The notes under the pieces were generated by a model that was given only the letters and a program-made list of their open reading frames with translations, was not told the DNA's origin and searched no databases. From positions 8,879 through 72,878 of the IMG/VR virus record IMGVR_UViG_3300008259_000017: a DNA stretch of 64,000 nucleotides; one strand, 5' to 3'. Made by a program: the position numbers and the translations under genes. Shown here piece after piece: positions 17,489 through 28,200 of the stretch (the stretch's first letter is position 1; every line of letters starts with the position of its first letter). Origin of the DNA: a virus.

Positions 17489-20400
17489 ATGGCTAATATT
17501 CCAGGTATTTCAGGATACATTCAACCTGGCGCATTCGCAAGGGATAGAGTAATTTCTAAGGCAGCTAGTATTCCTGGCGGCCTAAGAGTTGCTGCTATCA
17601 TGGGCGAAGGAATGAGAGAAGAGGTTATAGTAGAATCCGCTGTAGGTGGCGGAGAAGACGGAGTTGCATCATGCTCTCCAAGTGGAAGCGGAGAAAGTAG
17701 ATACTTTAAGTTATCAAGATTTCCAGTAGTCTCTGGTAGAACAGAGCTGTATCTAAATGGTACAAAGCTATTTGGAAAGGAAGAAGTTGTTGATGAATCA
17801 GTTTTATCATCTGAATATGATTACAGACTGGACATAGAAACAGGCTGTATTGAACTTCAGAAGGCAACAATAAAAGATCAAAATGGAAAAGTATATTCAG
17901 CAAGCGGAACAAATGTTGGAAACGGAATAATTCCAGATTCACAGTCAGATGCATGTCAGACTGTAGATATAGTTGATTCATCAGCACCAACAGAAAGGTG
18001 GACTCTAAAGTGTGTCTCAGTTGTAAGAGACTCATCTGGATCACCAATTCCAGGAAGAGCTACTTTTTCAGTAACCGGTTCTTCATCAGGACAGGTATAT
18101 GACGATGCAGGAAGTCCAATATTTTTCCATAGCACTTACTTTACATCATCAAGTGGAGCAGTATCTGGAAATGCAGATCCATCAGTAGACGGCTATGTTG
18201 TAGCATCTTCAGATGGATATGGACTAGCATCTCCAATAGCAGATGGTGGAGCAACACCAACAACTACAAATACAGTAACAATTCCAGCCGATTTAGTATC
18301 AGATGGTCAGGCCCTTGTAGGCGATTATCTAGTTCTAGATGATGGTACATATGGACAAATTTCATCAATATCATATGACTCTGGATCATCAGAAACCACG
18401 ATAGTTGTATCAACAGACTCTCTAGGCAGCGTTGGCGATACAGTAGACTGGAAGATTAGAGCTGTAAACGCATTTGTAGATCAAACAATGGGCGGAAGCT
18501 TTACAGGTCTAGACCTAGGAAAGATCTTAGTTGTATGTCCAGCGGGAAATTTTGCAGGTGGTAAATTTTTAATTACAAAGGTAACTTCCAATACAACAGT
18601 GAGAGTAGAAAAGTATGGAGAGCCTGGAGTAGTTTATCCTTCGCAGGAAGCTACCGACACTGCTGTAGGTTTGGCTTACGAAGACTTAACTTTCTACATG
18701 GTAGAGACAAACGGTATAATTCAGGCAGGAATACAAGAGGGTGCTATTTCTTTCGAAGTTGGTGATAGACTATTTATTGATGTTTCATCTAGAGCAATGG
18801 GCCCAGGCGATAGACTAGTTGCAAACTATATATATGAAGCAGATTTGAATGATCCAGAGTTATTTACAGATGCAGAATCATTATTTGCAAAGCATGGTTT
18901 TCCATCAGTAGAAAACACTTTATCATTGGGAGCACAGATTGCATTTGAAAATGGTGCACCAGCAATTCTAGCTGTTCAGTGCAAGCCTTCAATTCCAAGA
19001 AGAACTTCTGCAACTCTATTATCACAGATAAGCGCAGCCGGCGTTGGAGGCTTTACAGGCTGTCTATCATCAGGTGGTGTAGCAGATGATTCGCTATGTG
19101 GATTGGAAGACTTAAGATTTATTATTCCAACTCCTACAACTGGTCTTCTAAAAGGAAGACCAGCACAGGATACAAGAGTAAATATATTTATAAAGAGAAG
19201 CGGAGTAGAGACTCAAATATTCCCAAATAAGGTCGATTTCTATAATAGTCAACTAGAGACTGATGCTCAGCAGCTAGCGTTTATTTCAGGTGATGAGAAT
19301 CCATACTCATACACAATAGTAAATAGTGATACAAATACTTTATTTACTGGAGAGGACGGAGTTCTCACAACTGGAATAGCCGGAACAACATTCTCAAGCT
19401 TGTTTATCAATCTTGATAGAGATCATGTTGGATCAACAATAGTAATCGAATCTATGGAAGATGCATTAACTGGAACTGTTTACACTAGCGTAGCTGATAT
19501 TTCAGAGCAGCTATACGGTGTAGGCTTAGGAGTAACCGAAACAGCAGAGGTTGTAATAGATAGTATAACATCTGATACAAAAGCAGTTGTAATTGGTGCA
19601 GAATCAAATACACTAACTGTTTCTGATAAGTTTGTAAATATTCAATTCTTTATAAAAGGAGAGAATACATCAAATGTTAGTGCATCATTACTACTTCACA
19701 AAGATCTAGTAAAGAGCGGAACCTTAAAGAAGGGAGACGGAATTAGGATCACCTATATTGATGAGAATGATTCAAACTTCTATGATACAAATTGGTTTAC
19801 AGCATTTGAGAAGCTAGAGGCTGTAGATGCTCAAATTATAGTTCCACTTCCTTCAAGCACAATTTCTGCTATATTCCAGTCAGCAGTAACACACTGCGAG
19901 ACAATGTCATCTATTGCAAACAGAAAAGAAAGAGTTGCAATTATAGGCGCTCAATCAGGCCTGTCAACTGATGCAATCTTAGGTCTAAAAGATGTTGCAG
20001 TAGAAGATATTGGAATTATAGAAGGAATTCAGGGAGATGATCCTCTAGAGCTTCTTTCTGGAGATGTAGAGGACTTGGCAGATTACAAACTAAGTAACTC
20101 ATATGATAGCAGCAGAGCAGTATATCTATATCCAGATTCAATCGTAAGAAATGTATCAGGTACAAATGTACAGTTGCACGGATTCTATATGGCAACAGCA
20201 GTAGCCGGATTACTATCAGCAAACCAGAATGTTTCAATTCCAATAACAAACAAGAGCCTAACCGGATTCTCTCTAACAAGAGATAAAGTATATAGGCCAG
20301 TAATACTAGACAAGCTAGGTGGAGAAGGAGCAACAGTCGTTCAGCCAATTCCAGGTGGCGGAAGAATTCTAGCAGGAAGAACCACAAGTCAGTCAGGTAT

Positions 20401-20698
20401 TGTAGAGGAAGAGGAGATCTCAATAGTCTTTATTAGAGATAGAGTAAAGCAGGTACTAAGAAATTCACTAAAATCATTTATTGGTGGAGTTCAGGGTCCA
20501 GATACTCTAAGTCTAATGTCAGCAAAAGTAAAGACAATTATGACAGGTCTTTCATCACAGGGTCTAATAACATCATTTTCTAATATCAGAGTTGCAAGAG
20601 ATAAGGTCGATCCAAGACAGCTAAATGTATTCTTACAGTTCGTACCAGCATACCCAATCAACTTCGTATTTATTGACATTGAAATCGGAATAGCATAA
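17489..20698 (+). CDS. Contractile tail sheath protein
   Basis: ATG at 17489 after GGAGG; N-terminal GYIQPGAF, C-terminal sheath core (PITNKSLTG...EISIVFIRDRV...DPRQLNVFLQFVPAYPINFVFIDI). Confidence 0.92.
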   Translation: MANIPGISGYIQPGAFARDRVISKAASIPGGLRVAAIMGEGMREEVIVESAVGGGEDGVASCSPSGSGESRYFKLSRFPVVSGRTELYLNGTKLFGKEEVVDESVLSSEYDYRLDIETGCIELQKATIKDQNGKVYSASGTNVGNGIIPDSQSDACQTVDIVDSSAPTERWTLKCVSVVRDSSGSPIPGRATFSVTGSSSGQVYDDAGSPIFFHSTYFTSSSGAVSGNADPSVDGYVVASSDGYGLASPIADGGATPTTTNTVTIPADLVSDGQALVGDYLVLDDGTYGQISSISYDSGSSETTIVVSTDSLGSVGDTVDWKIRAVNAFVDQTMGGSFTGLDLGKILVVCPAGNFAGGKFLITKVTSNTTVRVEKYGEPGVVYPSQEATDTAVGLAYEDLTFYMVETNGIIQAGIQEGAISFEVGDRLFIDVSSRAMGPGDRLVANYIYEADLNDPELFTDAESLFAKHGFPSVENTLSLGAQIAFENGAPAILAVQCKPSIPRRTSATLLSQISAAGVGGFTGCLSSGGVADDSLCGLEDLRFIIPTPTTGLLKGRPAQDTRVNIFIKRSGVETQIFPNKVDFYNSQLETDAQQLAFISGDENPYSYTIVNSDTNTLFTGEDGVLTTGIAGTTFSSLFINLDRDHVGSTIVIESMEDALTGTVYTSVADISEQLYGVGLGVTETAEVVIDSITSDTKAVVIGAESNTLTVSDKFVNIQFFIKGENTSNVSASLLLHKDLVKSGTLKKGDGIRITYIDENDSNFYDTNWFTAFEKLEAVDAQIIVPLPSSTISAIFQSAVTHCETMSSIANRKERVAIIGAQSGLSTDAILGLKDVAVEDIGIIEGIQGDDPLELLSGDVEDLADYKLSNSYDSSRAVYLYPDSIVRNVSGTNVQLHGFYMATAVAGLLSANQNVSIPITNKSLTGFSLTRDKVYRPVILDKLGGEGATVVQPIPGGGRILAGRTTSQSGIVEEEEISIVFIRDRVKQVLRNSLKSFIGGVQGPDTLSLMSAKVKTIMTGLSSQGLITSFSNIRVARDKVDPRQLNVFLQFVPAYPINFVFIDIEIGIA

Positions 20699-20708
20699 GG
20701 AGTAAAAA

Positions 20709-21347
20709 ATGGCATCTTATCCATATACAGGAACTTTGTTTGACTCAGAAGCAGTCACTGGTGCAAAAACAAGAACTGGTTTAAGTACTCAGGTTGTTGT
20801 TTATGTAAATAATCAGCCAGTAGGCGCAATTCAAAACTTTCAGGAAAGTCAGGGAAGACCTACACAGAGAATAAAGGAAGTAGGAACAGATGGGACAATA
20901 GAAATTGTACCTACCGGTGTTGCAACAGTAGACCTCACAGTAAATCGAATCTACTTCGATGGTCTGTCACTTCCAGAGTCTATGGCAAGAGGATTCAGAA
21001 ATATCCATGCTCAAAGAATTCCTTTTGATATAGTTGTAATTGATAGATTTACTGGAACAGAAGATGAGGGTGGAGCAATAGTAACAACCTATCATAACTG
21101 CTGGTTTAAATCACTCGGAAAATCATATTCTGCAGATAACTATTTGATAACAGAAAATTGTAATATAGAAGTAGAGTCTATAAGCACTGAAAGAAATGGA
21201 GCACCAGTTGCTTCAAGTCAAGGAGTTGGAGGCGGAAGAGACTTAGGATCTGAAGGTAGACAGATTGATGCAGTTGAGCAGGCTGCTGATTATGGAACCT
21301 ACAGAGGAAGCTTGGACTTCCCAGGCCTAATAAAAGCAGCATTCTAA
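20709..21347 (+). CDS. Tail tube protein
   Basis: 212 aa directly after sheath; VGAIQNF...IKEVG...EIVP, PFDIVVID, YHNCWF motifs of myovirus tube proteins. Confidence 0.85.
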   Translation: MASYPYTGTLFDSEAVTGAKTRTGLSTQVVVYVNNQPVGAIQNFQESQGRPTQRIKEVGTDGTIEIVPTGVATVDLTVNRIYFDGLSLPESMARGFRNIHAQRIPFDIVVIDRFTGTEDEGGAIVTTYHNCWFKSLGKSYSADNYLITENCNIEVESISTERNGAPVASSQGVGGGRDLGSEGRQIDAVEQAADYGTYRGSLDFPGLIKAAF

Positions 21348-21364
21348 GTAAATAAAATATTTAC

Positions 21365-21392
21365 AAAAAACCCCTCTAAATGAGGGGTTTTT
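21365..21392 (+). terminator. Rho-independent terminator after sheath-tube
   Basis: AAAAAA-CCCCTC-TAAAT-GAGGGG-TTTTT. Confidence 0.85.
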
Positions 21393-21395
21393 ATT

Positions 21396-21404
21396 TGGTA
21401 TAAT
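21396..21404 (+). promoter_or_regulatory. Extended -10 promoter element
   Basis: TGGTATAAT (TGn-TATAAT) right after the terminator, 18 nt before the chaperone ATG. Confidence 0.5.
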
Positions 21405-21422
21405 CTAGCAAAGGGTATTGAT

Positions 21423-21860
21423 ATGTCAAAAGTAGAAGCAACAATGGTAAAACCTCAGCCAAAAGAGGCAGTGATAAAAAAACAAGAATTTAAGTCTCTA
21501 AAAGATCTAATTTTTTTAGGCAGAATTGAAAAGAAGATTAATATTTCAGGCTATGAAATAGGGTTAAGAAGTTTAACTATTCAAGACAATAAATATATTA
21601 TAGAGAAAATATTATTATCAGATAATGCATCTAAATTTGTTGATGCAAAAATACTATCAATTGTAACCCACATAAATACAATAAATGAGGTTCCAGTAGA
21701 AAACTTGTGTGAAGATGATTCCATTGTAAATATAATGGATAGAAAGCTAAATGTTGTATCAAATTTTCAGCTTTCTCTTGTTGAGAAGCTATATGAGATT
21801 TGTAATAAAATTGATGAAGAGTCTGGAAGAGAAGTTGAAATAGAAGAAATAAAAAAATAA
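21423..21860 (+). CDS. Tail assembly chaperone (G-like)
   Basis: 145 aa between tube and tape measure; ends in slippery A-AAA-AAA-TAA. Confidence 0.8.
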   Translation: MSKVEATMVKPQPKEAVIKKQEFKSLKDLIFLGRIEKKINISGYEIGLRSLTIQDNKYIIEKILLSDNASKFVDAKILSIVTHINTINEVPVENLCEDDSIVNIMDRKLNVVSNFQLSLVEKLYEICNKIDEESGREVEIEEIKK

Positions 21861-21896
21861 CAGAGGGTCCGGAATCAGATATTATCTGGACCCTCT
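21851..21896 (+). other. Programmed -1 ribosomal frameshift signal
   Basis: A7 heptamer at 21851-21857, then 9-bp perfect stem AGAGGGTCC (21862-21870)/GGACCCTCT (21888-21896); -1 frame is open into ORF 21902..22285. Confidence 0.8.
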
Positions 21897-22285
21897 CAAA
21901 GATGTGGAACTGTCCAATAGATGACGATAAGCTGAAGAATATTAACAAAAATCAACTTATATGGTATTCTATTATGATTAATAATGATAAAAAAGAAAAA
22001 GCAGAATCCATGTTTGCAGTTGCAGAATATTTGGCATCATTTATAAACCCAAGCGCAGTCTCAAAAATAAAAGAAGCAAGAAAGGAAGCTGAGAGTAAAA
22101 ACTTTGCATCTGATAATGAATTTAAGTCTATGCTTGATAATAAGGAATTCTTAAAAGACCTAGCAAACAGAGCTCCAAAAGAAGAACAAAAAAATAATCT
22201 TATTAATAAAAGAAAGTCTATTAGAGAAACAAAATTGCCAAAAAATCTTGGCAATATAATGAAGATTAATAGAGATAATTTTTAA
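21857..22285 (+). CDS. Tail assembly chaperone frameshift extension (T-like part of GT)
   Basis: -1 frame reads ITEGPESDIIWTLSK-MWNCP...; the ATG at 21902 has no clear RBS. Confidence 0.7.
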   Translation: MTEGPESDIIWTLSKMWNCPIDDDKLKNINKNQLIWYSIMINNDKKEKAESMFAVAEYLASFINPSAVSKIKEARKEAESKNFASDNEFKSMLDNKEFLKDLANRAPKEEQKNNLINKRKSIRETKLPKNLGNIMKINRDNF

Positions 22286-22303
22286 TATTTACTGGAGAGG
22301 TAC

Positions 22304-24130
22304 ATGTCAGTAGACAGCGGAATAAGCCAACTTGGAGACACAGCTAAACAGACTGGAGAGAATATCAATGAGCTTACAAAGTATATTGATAGTTTTTCTA
22401 ATGTAAATAATGCTTTATATAGATCTCTTGGAAGTAGCACTACAGCCATGAAGTCTTTTAGCGAAACTGTAACAGGCCTTACAAACATTGCAACCGGTCC
22501 ATTGAAGATTTTTGGAAGTTTAGCTGGTAAGGTTGGTGAAGATGGAATCGCTGCAGCGCTTGGCTCGACAACAAGGCTTTTAGAAGATTTCTCAAAACTT
22601 ATTGGTGAAGATGTTGTTAAGTCTGGCGCAGCAGCGCTAGGAATACTTGATAGTCAATCAGAAGGGTTTAGGAAATTAGACAAAGAATACCTGGCTTATA
22701 CAAAATCATTTGGTATGGGTCTTGATAGAGCTAAAGAGCTTTCATCCTCACTTTCTTCAGAGAGAATAAGTGAATTTGGAAAAGCATTTAATATGACTGC
22801 AGAAGAAGTATCTGCATTTAATGCTTCGCTATTAAGGACTAATATAGGTTTGGAAACTTCTTTTTCAAATATTGAAGTTGGCGGAACGAGCATGAAGTTT
22901 TACTCAGCTGCAATGGCGGCTGCACAAGCTTCTGGTTTGGATGCCACAGCGGCAATAAGAAACTTAAATGACATGATATCTAAGCAAGGAATGTCCTCAA
23001 AAGCAGCGCTTGAGGCTCTTGCCGGATATTCAGAAATTTCAAAAGAAACTGGATTAAATACTGATAGCGTTTCAAACGCATTATTACAGTCAATTTCTGG
23101 CTTTCAAAAGATGGGAACAACCATTGACTTTGGAAAGCCTATATTGAAAGGTTTTGCAGAGTCCTTTAAGGAAGTAGGCCTTGGTATTGAGGGTGCATCT
23201 GATGCAGCTCAATCATTTACTCAAAGTTTAGCAAGAATGTCTACTGACTATGCAATGTCATATATCTTAAATCAAAAAGGTGGAATGGGTGGACAGCCAG
23301 GTGGTACGATACTAAGCTCGTCAATAGAAACTAGAGCTAAGATGCTTGAAGCTGGTGACGATACCGGCAAGCAAGCAGATATTGCAGTTGATATGGCAAA
23401 AAGTCTAAAAGAATCCATAGAATCATTTACTGGATCTGGCTTAATTACATTAAAAGAAGCAGCAAAAGATCAATCACTTCAGCAAACATTTTATCTCCAA
23501 GAGCAAATGATCTCTAAGTTTACCGGAACAAGTGATGTTGCTTCTTTGGATAGAATAATGGAAATGCTTCCAAAGATTGCAAGAATGGAAAAGTCTGGAG
23601 ACCAAGAGGGTGCTCAACAGCTTTCAAAGTCATTGCAGGATATAATATCTCAAAGAGATTACACAATGGGTGAGGGCGAGAAGTTTGGAGTTGGGTTGCA
23701 AAATCAAGTAGCAGAACAGATGAATAGAACAAGAGAGGTTGCAGAATCTGCCACAAATCTTGCAAAAGAAGTAACGAATCTGATCTCTATAAAGGAAGAT
23801 ACCTTTGAATTATTAGCAAAAGGTTATTTAGCACTCAATGATGAGGCATACAAACCTCTGACTGAAAAGATCAGAAACGGTGATCTTGATAAGTCACAAT
23901 TTTTTGAGGCCTTTAAGGAGTTTTTTAATGATGCTAATGCCGCTAAAGAAGCGGTAAAAGATGAAGTTAATGAAATATCAACCTCATTTGACGGCTTTTT
24001 AGATAAATTTTCACAAATGTTAGAAAGTAAATTTCCAGGAGGAAAACTAATTGTTGATCTAAGTCAGGAAGCAAAGGAGCTTCTATCTGTTGGATCTTCG
24101 AGTACCAGACCTATTTCTGGACCAAAATAA
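22304..24130 (+). CDS. Tape measure protein
   Basis: 608 aa, helical A/G/S-rich, follows the chaperone pair; GGAGAGG RBS. Confidence 0.8.
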   Translation: MSVDSGISQLGDTAKQTGENINELTKYIDSFSNVNNALYRSLGSSTTAMKSFSETVTGLTNIATGPLKIFGSLAGKVGEDGIAAALGSTTRLLEDFSKLIGEDVVKSGAAALGILDSQSEGFRKLDKEYLAYTKSFGMGLDRAKELSSSLSSERISEFGKAFNMTAEEVSAFNASLLRTNIGLETSFSNIEVGGTSMKFYSAAMAAAQASGLDATAAIRNLNDMISKQGMSSKAALEALAGYSEISKETGLNTDSVSNALLQSISGFQKMGTTIDFGKPILKGFAESFKEVGLGIEGASDAAQSFTQSLARMSTDYAMSYILNQKGGMGGQPGGTILSSSIETRAKMLEAGDDTGKQADIAVDMAKSLKESIESFTGSGLITLKEAAKDQSLQQTFYLQEQMISKFTGTSDVASLDRIMEMLPKIARMEKSGDQEGAQQLSKSLQDIISQRDYTMGEGEKFGVGLQNQVAEQMNRTREVAESATNLAKEVTNLISIKEDTFELLAKGYLALNDEAYKPLTEKIRNGDLDKSQFFEAFKEFFNDANAAKEAVKDEVNEISTSFDGFLDKFSQMLESKFPGGKLIVDLSQEAKELLSVGSSSTRPISGPK

Positions 24131-24158
24131 TAATAATGCTAATATTATAAACTAATAT

Positions 24159-25217
24159 ATGTCACTAAAAAGAAAAACAATTATATTTTACCTTCCATTA
24201 TCAATGGAATCTTTAACAAAGGACTTGGTAGCTACAAGTTCTATCCCAAGCATATCTGGAGGGGTATCTGAAAAGCCTTTGGCAAATTCAAAAGATACAA
24301 CAAATGGTATATATTGGGATAAAAAAAGAATGTATGTAAATCCGGATTCATTTAATATATCTAATACAAAGATAATAAAAGAGTCTCAAACAAAAGGCGG
24401 ATTTATGATTCAATACTGGGGAGAGCAACTAACTAACGTTGAGTTAAGGGGAACAACTGGATCAGCAGGTATAGAGGGAATAAATATATTAAAAGATATC
24501 TATAGACATGAGCAGCTACAGATTGCAAAGGTAATAGAAGAAAGGGATAGAAGACTGGCACAAGAAGCTATAGATCAATCAATTAACTCTTATAAAAATT
24601 TAAATAATAAAGGGCTAGGAGTAGCTGCACTTGAAATTGCTGATGCTATACTTACAGATGGGGCTATAACAAATCTAGTAGGAGGCTTGAAGTCAACTGT
24701 TGAGTCAATATCAAACATATTTGACTCGGGAAATGCTGATTACACACCTTCTATGACTCCAGCAGTGCCAACTCTTGCAGCATTTGCAACAAATATACAG
24801 ATGTATCATGACGGTGTTTTTTATAGAGGATATTTTTCAGCTTTTTCATATAATGAAATATCTGAAAAGCCAGGTATTTTTGATTACAACCTTTCTTTTA
24901 AATGCACAAGAACTTATGGGGAAAGAAAGAATTTTATGCCATGGCATAGAGATCCATTGGATTATTCTGGAAATACAGTTCCCGCAGATAGCTCTGGAGT
25001 TTCAAAAGGAACATACCCATCGGTAAATAGATTATCAATACCATTGACACCAGTTGAGAGTAATGAGGCCTTTGTGCAGAAGGATTATAACAATATTTAC
25101 AAAGATGAGAATAGTAATAAGTTTATTGGAGAGTCTGACCAGAAGTCTGCCTTCTCTAGCTCTGGAAACGATGGAGCAAATAAAACATCCTTTAGAAGAA
25201 AATTAATAACAGGATAA
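24159..25217 (+). CDS. Baseplate tail-tube initiator (gp48/gp54-like)
   Basis: MYVNPDSF...QTKGGFMIQYWGEQL..VELRGTTG and YRGYFSAFSYNE...PGIFDYNLSF motifs; position after tape measure. Confidence 0.7.
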   Translation: MSLKRKTIIFYLPLSMESLTKDLVATSSIPSISGGVSEKPLANSKDTTNGIYWDKKRMYVNPDSFNISNTKIIKESQTKGGFMIQYWGEQLTNVELRGTTGSAGIEGINILKDIYRHEQLQIAKVIEERDRRLAQEAIDQSINSYKNLNNKGLGVAALEIADAILTDGAITNLVGGLKSTVESISNIFDSGNADYTPSMTPAVPTLAAFATNIQMYHDGVFYRGYFSAFSYNEISEKPGIFDYNLSFKCTRTYGERKNFMPWHRDPLDYSGNTVPADSSGVSKGTYPSVNRLSIPLTPVESNEAFVQKDYNNIYKDENSNKFIGESDQKSAFSSSGNDGANKTSFRRKLITG

Positions 25218-25230
25218 GTATAATTTTTAA

Positions 25231-28200
25231 ATGAATAATCAATTACTTTTAAAGATATCAAAAACATTACAAAAAACAAGGAAAGATATATCTGGTGGTA
25301 CAAAATTTGTAATGCCAGAGGAGAAATATATTGAAACAGGGTTTCAAACATATTTGGATGAAGGTCTTTTAAACACAACTTCTCCAAATACAAGAAAGGT
25401 TACTTCTTTATCACCAGAGGCTACAATTCTTGTAAAGAAAAAAGCATTCTCATCACTTGTATCTAACAATGATATTAGATTTTTTGACAAAACAGAAAGA
25501 ATGCTTATGAGGGCTTCAAAGGCTTTATTTGCCTATAAAGTTCAGCAAATAAGAGCTTATGAAAGTTTAACAAAATTTGAAACATATTATACAAAGACTG
25601 GAACTTATAGTATGAACTTGCTGGCTTCAATGTTAAGGCAAAGTTCATTCTTAGCAAAAGATGTAGAATCTTTTCAAACGCTATTTCAGAAAAAATTAAA
25701 ATTTAATACTGCAGAAGATTATGCAAATGAAATGCTAAAAGAATGGCTTTTAAAGCCATCCGATTTAAGTGTTGATGAGTCAATATCTGTAATTGCATCA
25801 GACATAAAAGTAAAAAATGGAATATTAAAAAAGGAAGTAATAACTCCAACAACAAATCAGCAGTATTTAAATCAATTACCATCAACTCAAGCTAAGTATA
25901 TTTTAGATAAAAAATGGGAAGAATTTAGAGCACAATTTTCTTCTGAAATAACAAAAGATGTCATAAGCATAGATAATTATATAGAGTCCTTATCTACAAA
26001 TGAAAAATGGAAAGAGGGCATTAAAAATGAATATGCAAACATGCAGCTTATAGATATTATAGAGGTAATCAAGCGTGCTGCTTATTCAAATGATTCGAAC
26101 CTAACAACATGGATTGTTGATGCTGATAGTTTGGATAACTATCTAACTGGACCAGGAACAGGGGTGATAGAAATCTGTTCTTTTACAAATTTTAGCACAT
26201 CATGCACAAAAGACCCATCTCCAGCATCCGCAAGTTTTAGTTTAGAGTATCCATACGGTATATCTTTTATATCAGAAGATGACATAGAAATCGCAATAGA
26301 AGAGGCCTTAAAGGGAACCCTTGGTATATTCGCAGATCTAGTAACGAATGGTTTTAAAAGCTCTACAAACGGTATTACCAAACCAGGAGTTGATGGCCTT
26401 TCATTTTTGGGAGCATCGGCACTCTTGAATGGCTATGATTTAATAGATAGCACTGTAGACTCGAACTATATAAGAAAAAGTTTAAGGACTTTTTATCTTG
26501 GAAAGCCAATAGTAAACGCTTCAGATGTTTGTCATTTTTATATAAGAGGAAATAGATTCAAGCAAAGCTTTGGATCAAGTAGCAATAACTTATCAACAGA
26601 TCAATCTGAATATTCAATAAGTGATTCTGTATTTAAAGCAGAATATGAATTATATACAACAAAGTCTTTATCATATGATGACTATAAGAGACTAAGGCAG
26701 GAGCAGGATAATTCACTTGGAATGATACATGTTTATGCTGGTTATGTAACCGGGGTAACAGAGACTTATGGTGGGGGATTTAGAACTATATCAGTATCAT
26801 GTTCTGACAATATGGGATGGTTATCATGGAGTAATGTACCTAAACAGCCAGCAATAGCAGATGTAACAAATATATTGGAAGATCCATTGACGCCATACAA
26901 ATTAGTTACAGATGATATGTATTCCTTAGATTATGAAAAAATAACATTGCTGGATGAAAATAAGCAGCTATTATCGGAAGGATTTTTATCTTATTCAAAT
27001 GGGTTATTGGCTGGAAAAAATTCAACAATAGATAATCTATATCAAGGGCAGTATAGAGGTATTGGATCTTTAGATGGATCAAAAATTATGCAACATGCAG
27101 ATGGATTTGTTTATAGATGGAAAACTGGAATAATGACTGCAACCGCTGGTTTTCAAACAACCGGATCTAGAAGTACAAAAGAGTTGCAGCAGTTTACTCA
27201 GTATTATTCTATATCTTCTGTTAAAAATCCAGTTAATAATCTTGATATTGCAAATATTATATCCGTTTTAATTACTGGAGAGCCATATAATATACTTTCA
27301 TTCTTAGAGAAAACTGGATCAACTGGAGTTAAGTCAGATAGATTTTCAACAACTTTAAATTCACAAGATCCTCTTACTGGATATTTAGAATCTATAAAGA
27401 AGCAAAATAAAATATATGGAAACTTTAAGCCATATAGATTGTTTACTCAGAATTCTTATACATTAAATATTTTAAGACTGCAGGGCAAAAAACAAGAACT
27501 AAATAATGATGTTAAAAAGTTATTAGATAGAAAAAATAAATTAAATGATCAGATTATAAAATTAAAGAATACTATAAAGTCAAGTAATAGTCCAATCATA
27601 TTAACTATACAATCTGAAATAAAATCAATAGATATAGCTATTGATAGTAAGATTGGTGAAGCAACAGAGGCTGCAAATACTCTAAACTCAGCACAGCTAA
27701 CTTCTCAAGGGCTTATGGTGTCTGCTTTGTTTGGCAATGGAGATGCTATACCTTTTTATCTAGGCAGTACAAAGGAAGAGCATGAGGAGACTGTAAGGGC
27801 TATATCAAAAGTTGGAGCCACAAGAAGAATAGAGGATGTGAGGTTAAATAGAGATAATAATCTTTTAATTATCTCTGATCAATACGATACATCTGATATA
27901 AGACCATTTATTTTAGGATTAAATAGTTCACAGTTTAAAAAATTCGACGGCGAATATGAATCATTAGACCAGCTATGTAGAGAGGCTGCTCAGTATATTC
28001 ATATGGAATTTTTTTGTAATTCACAGGGACATATTGAATTAAGGCCTCCGCAGTGGAATAAGACGCCGCTTTCTCTTTTGAGAAATCTAGTTAGATATAA
28101 GAAGTTAACTGGAAAAAATATAATTCCTGATTTTATAATAAAAAACTTTGAAACTAGAGAAAAGTCAATATATGAAAATATATATTACTATAACATTAGA

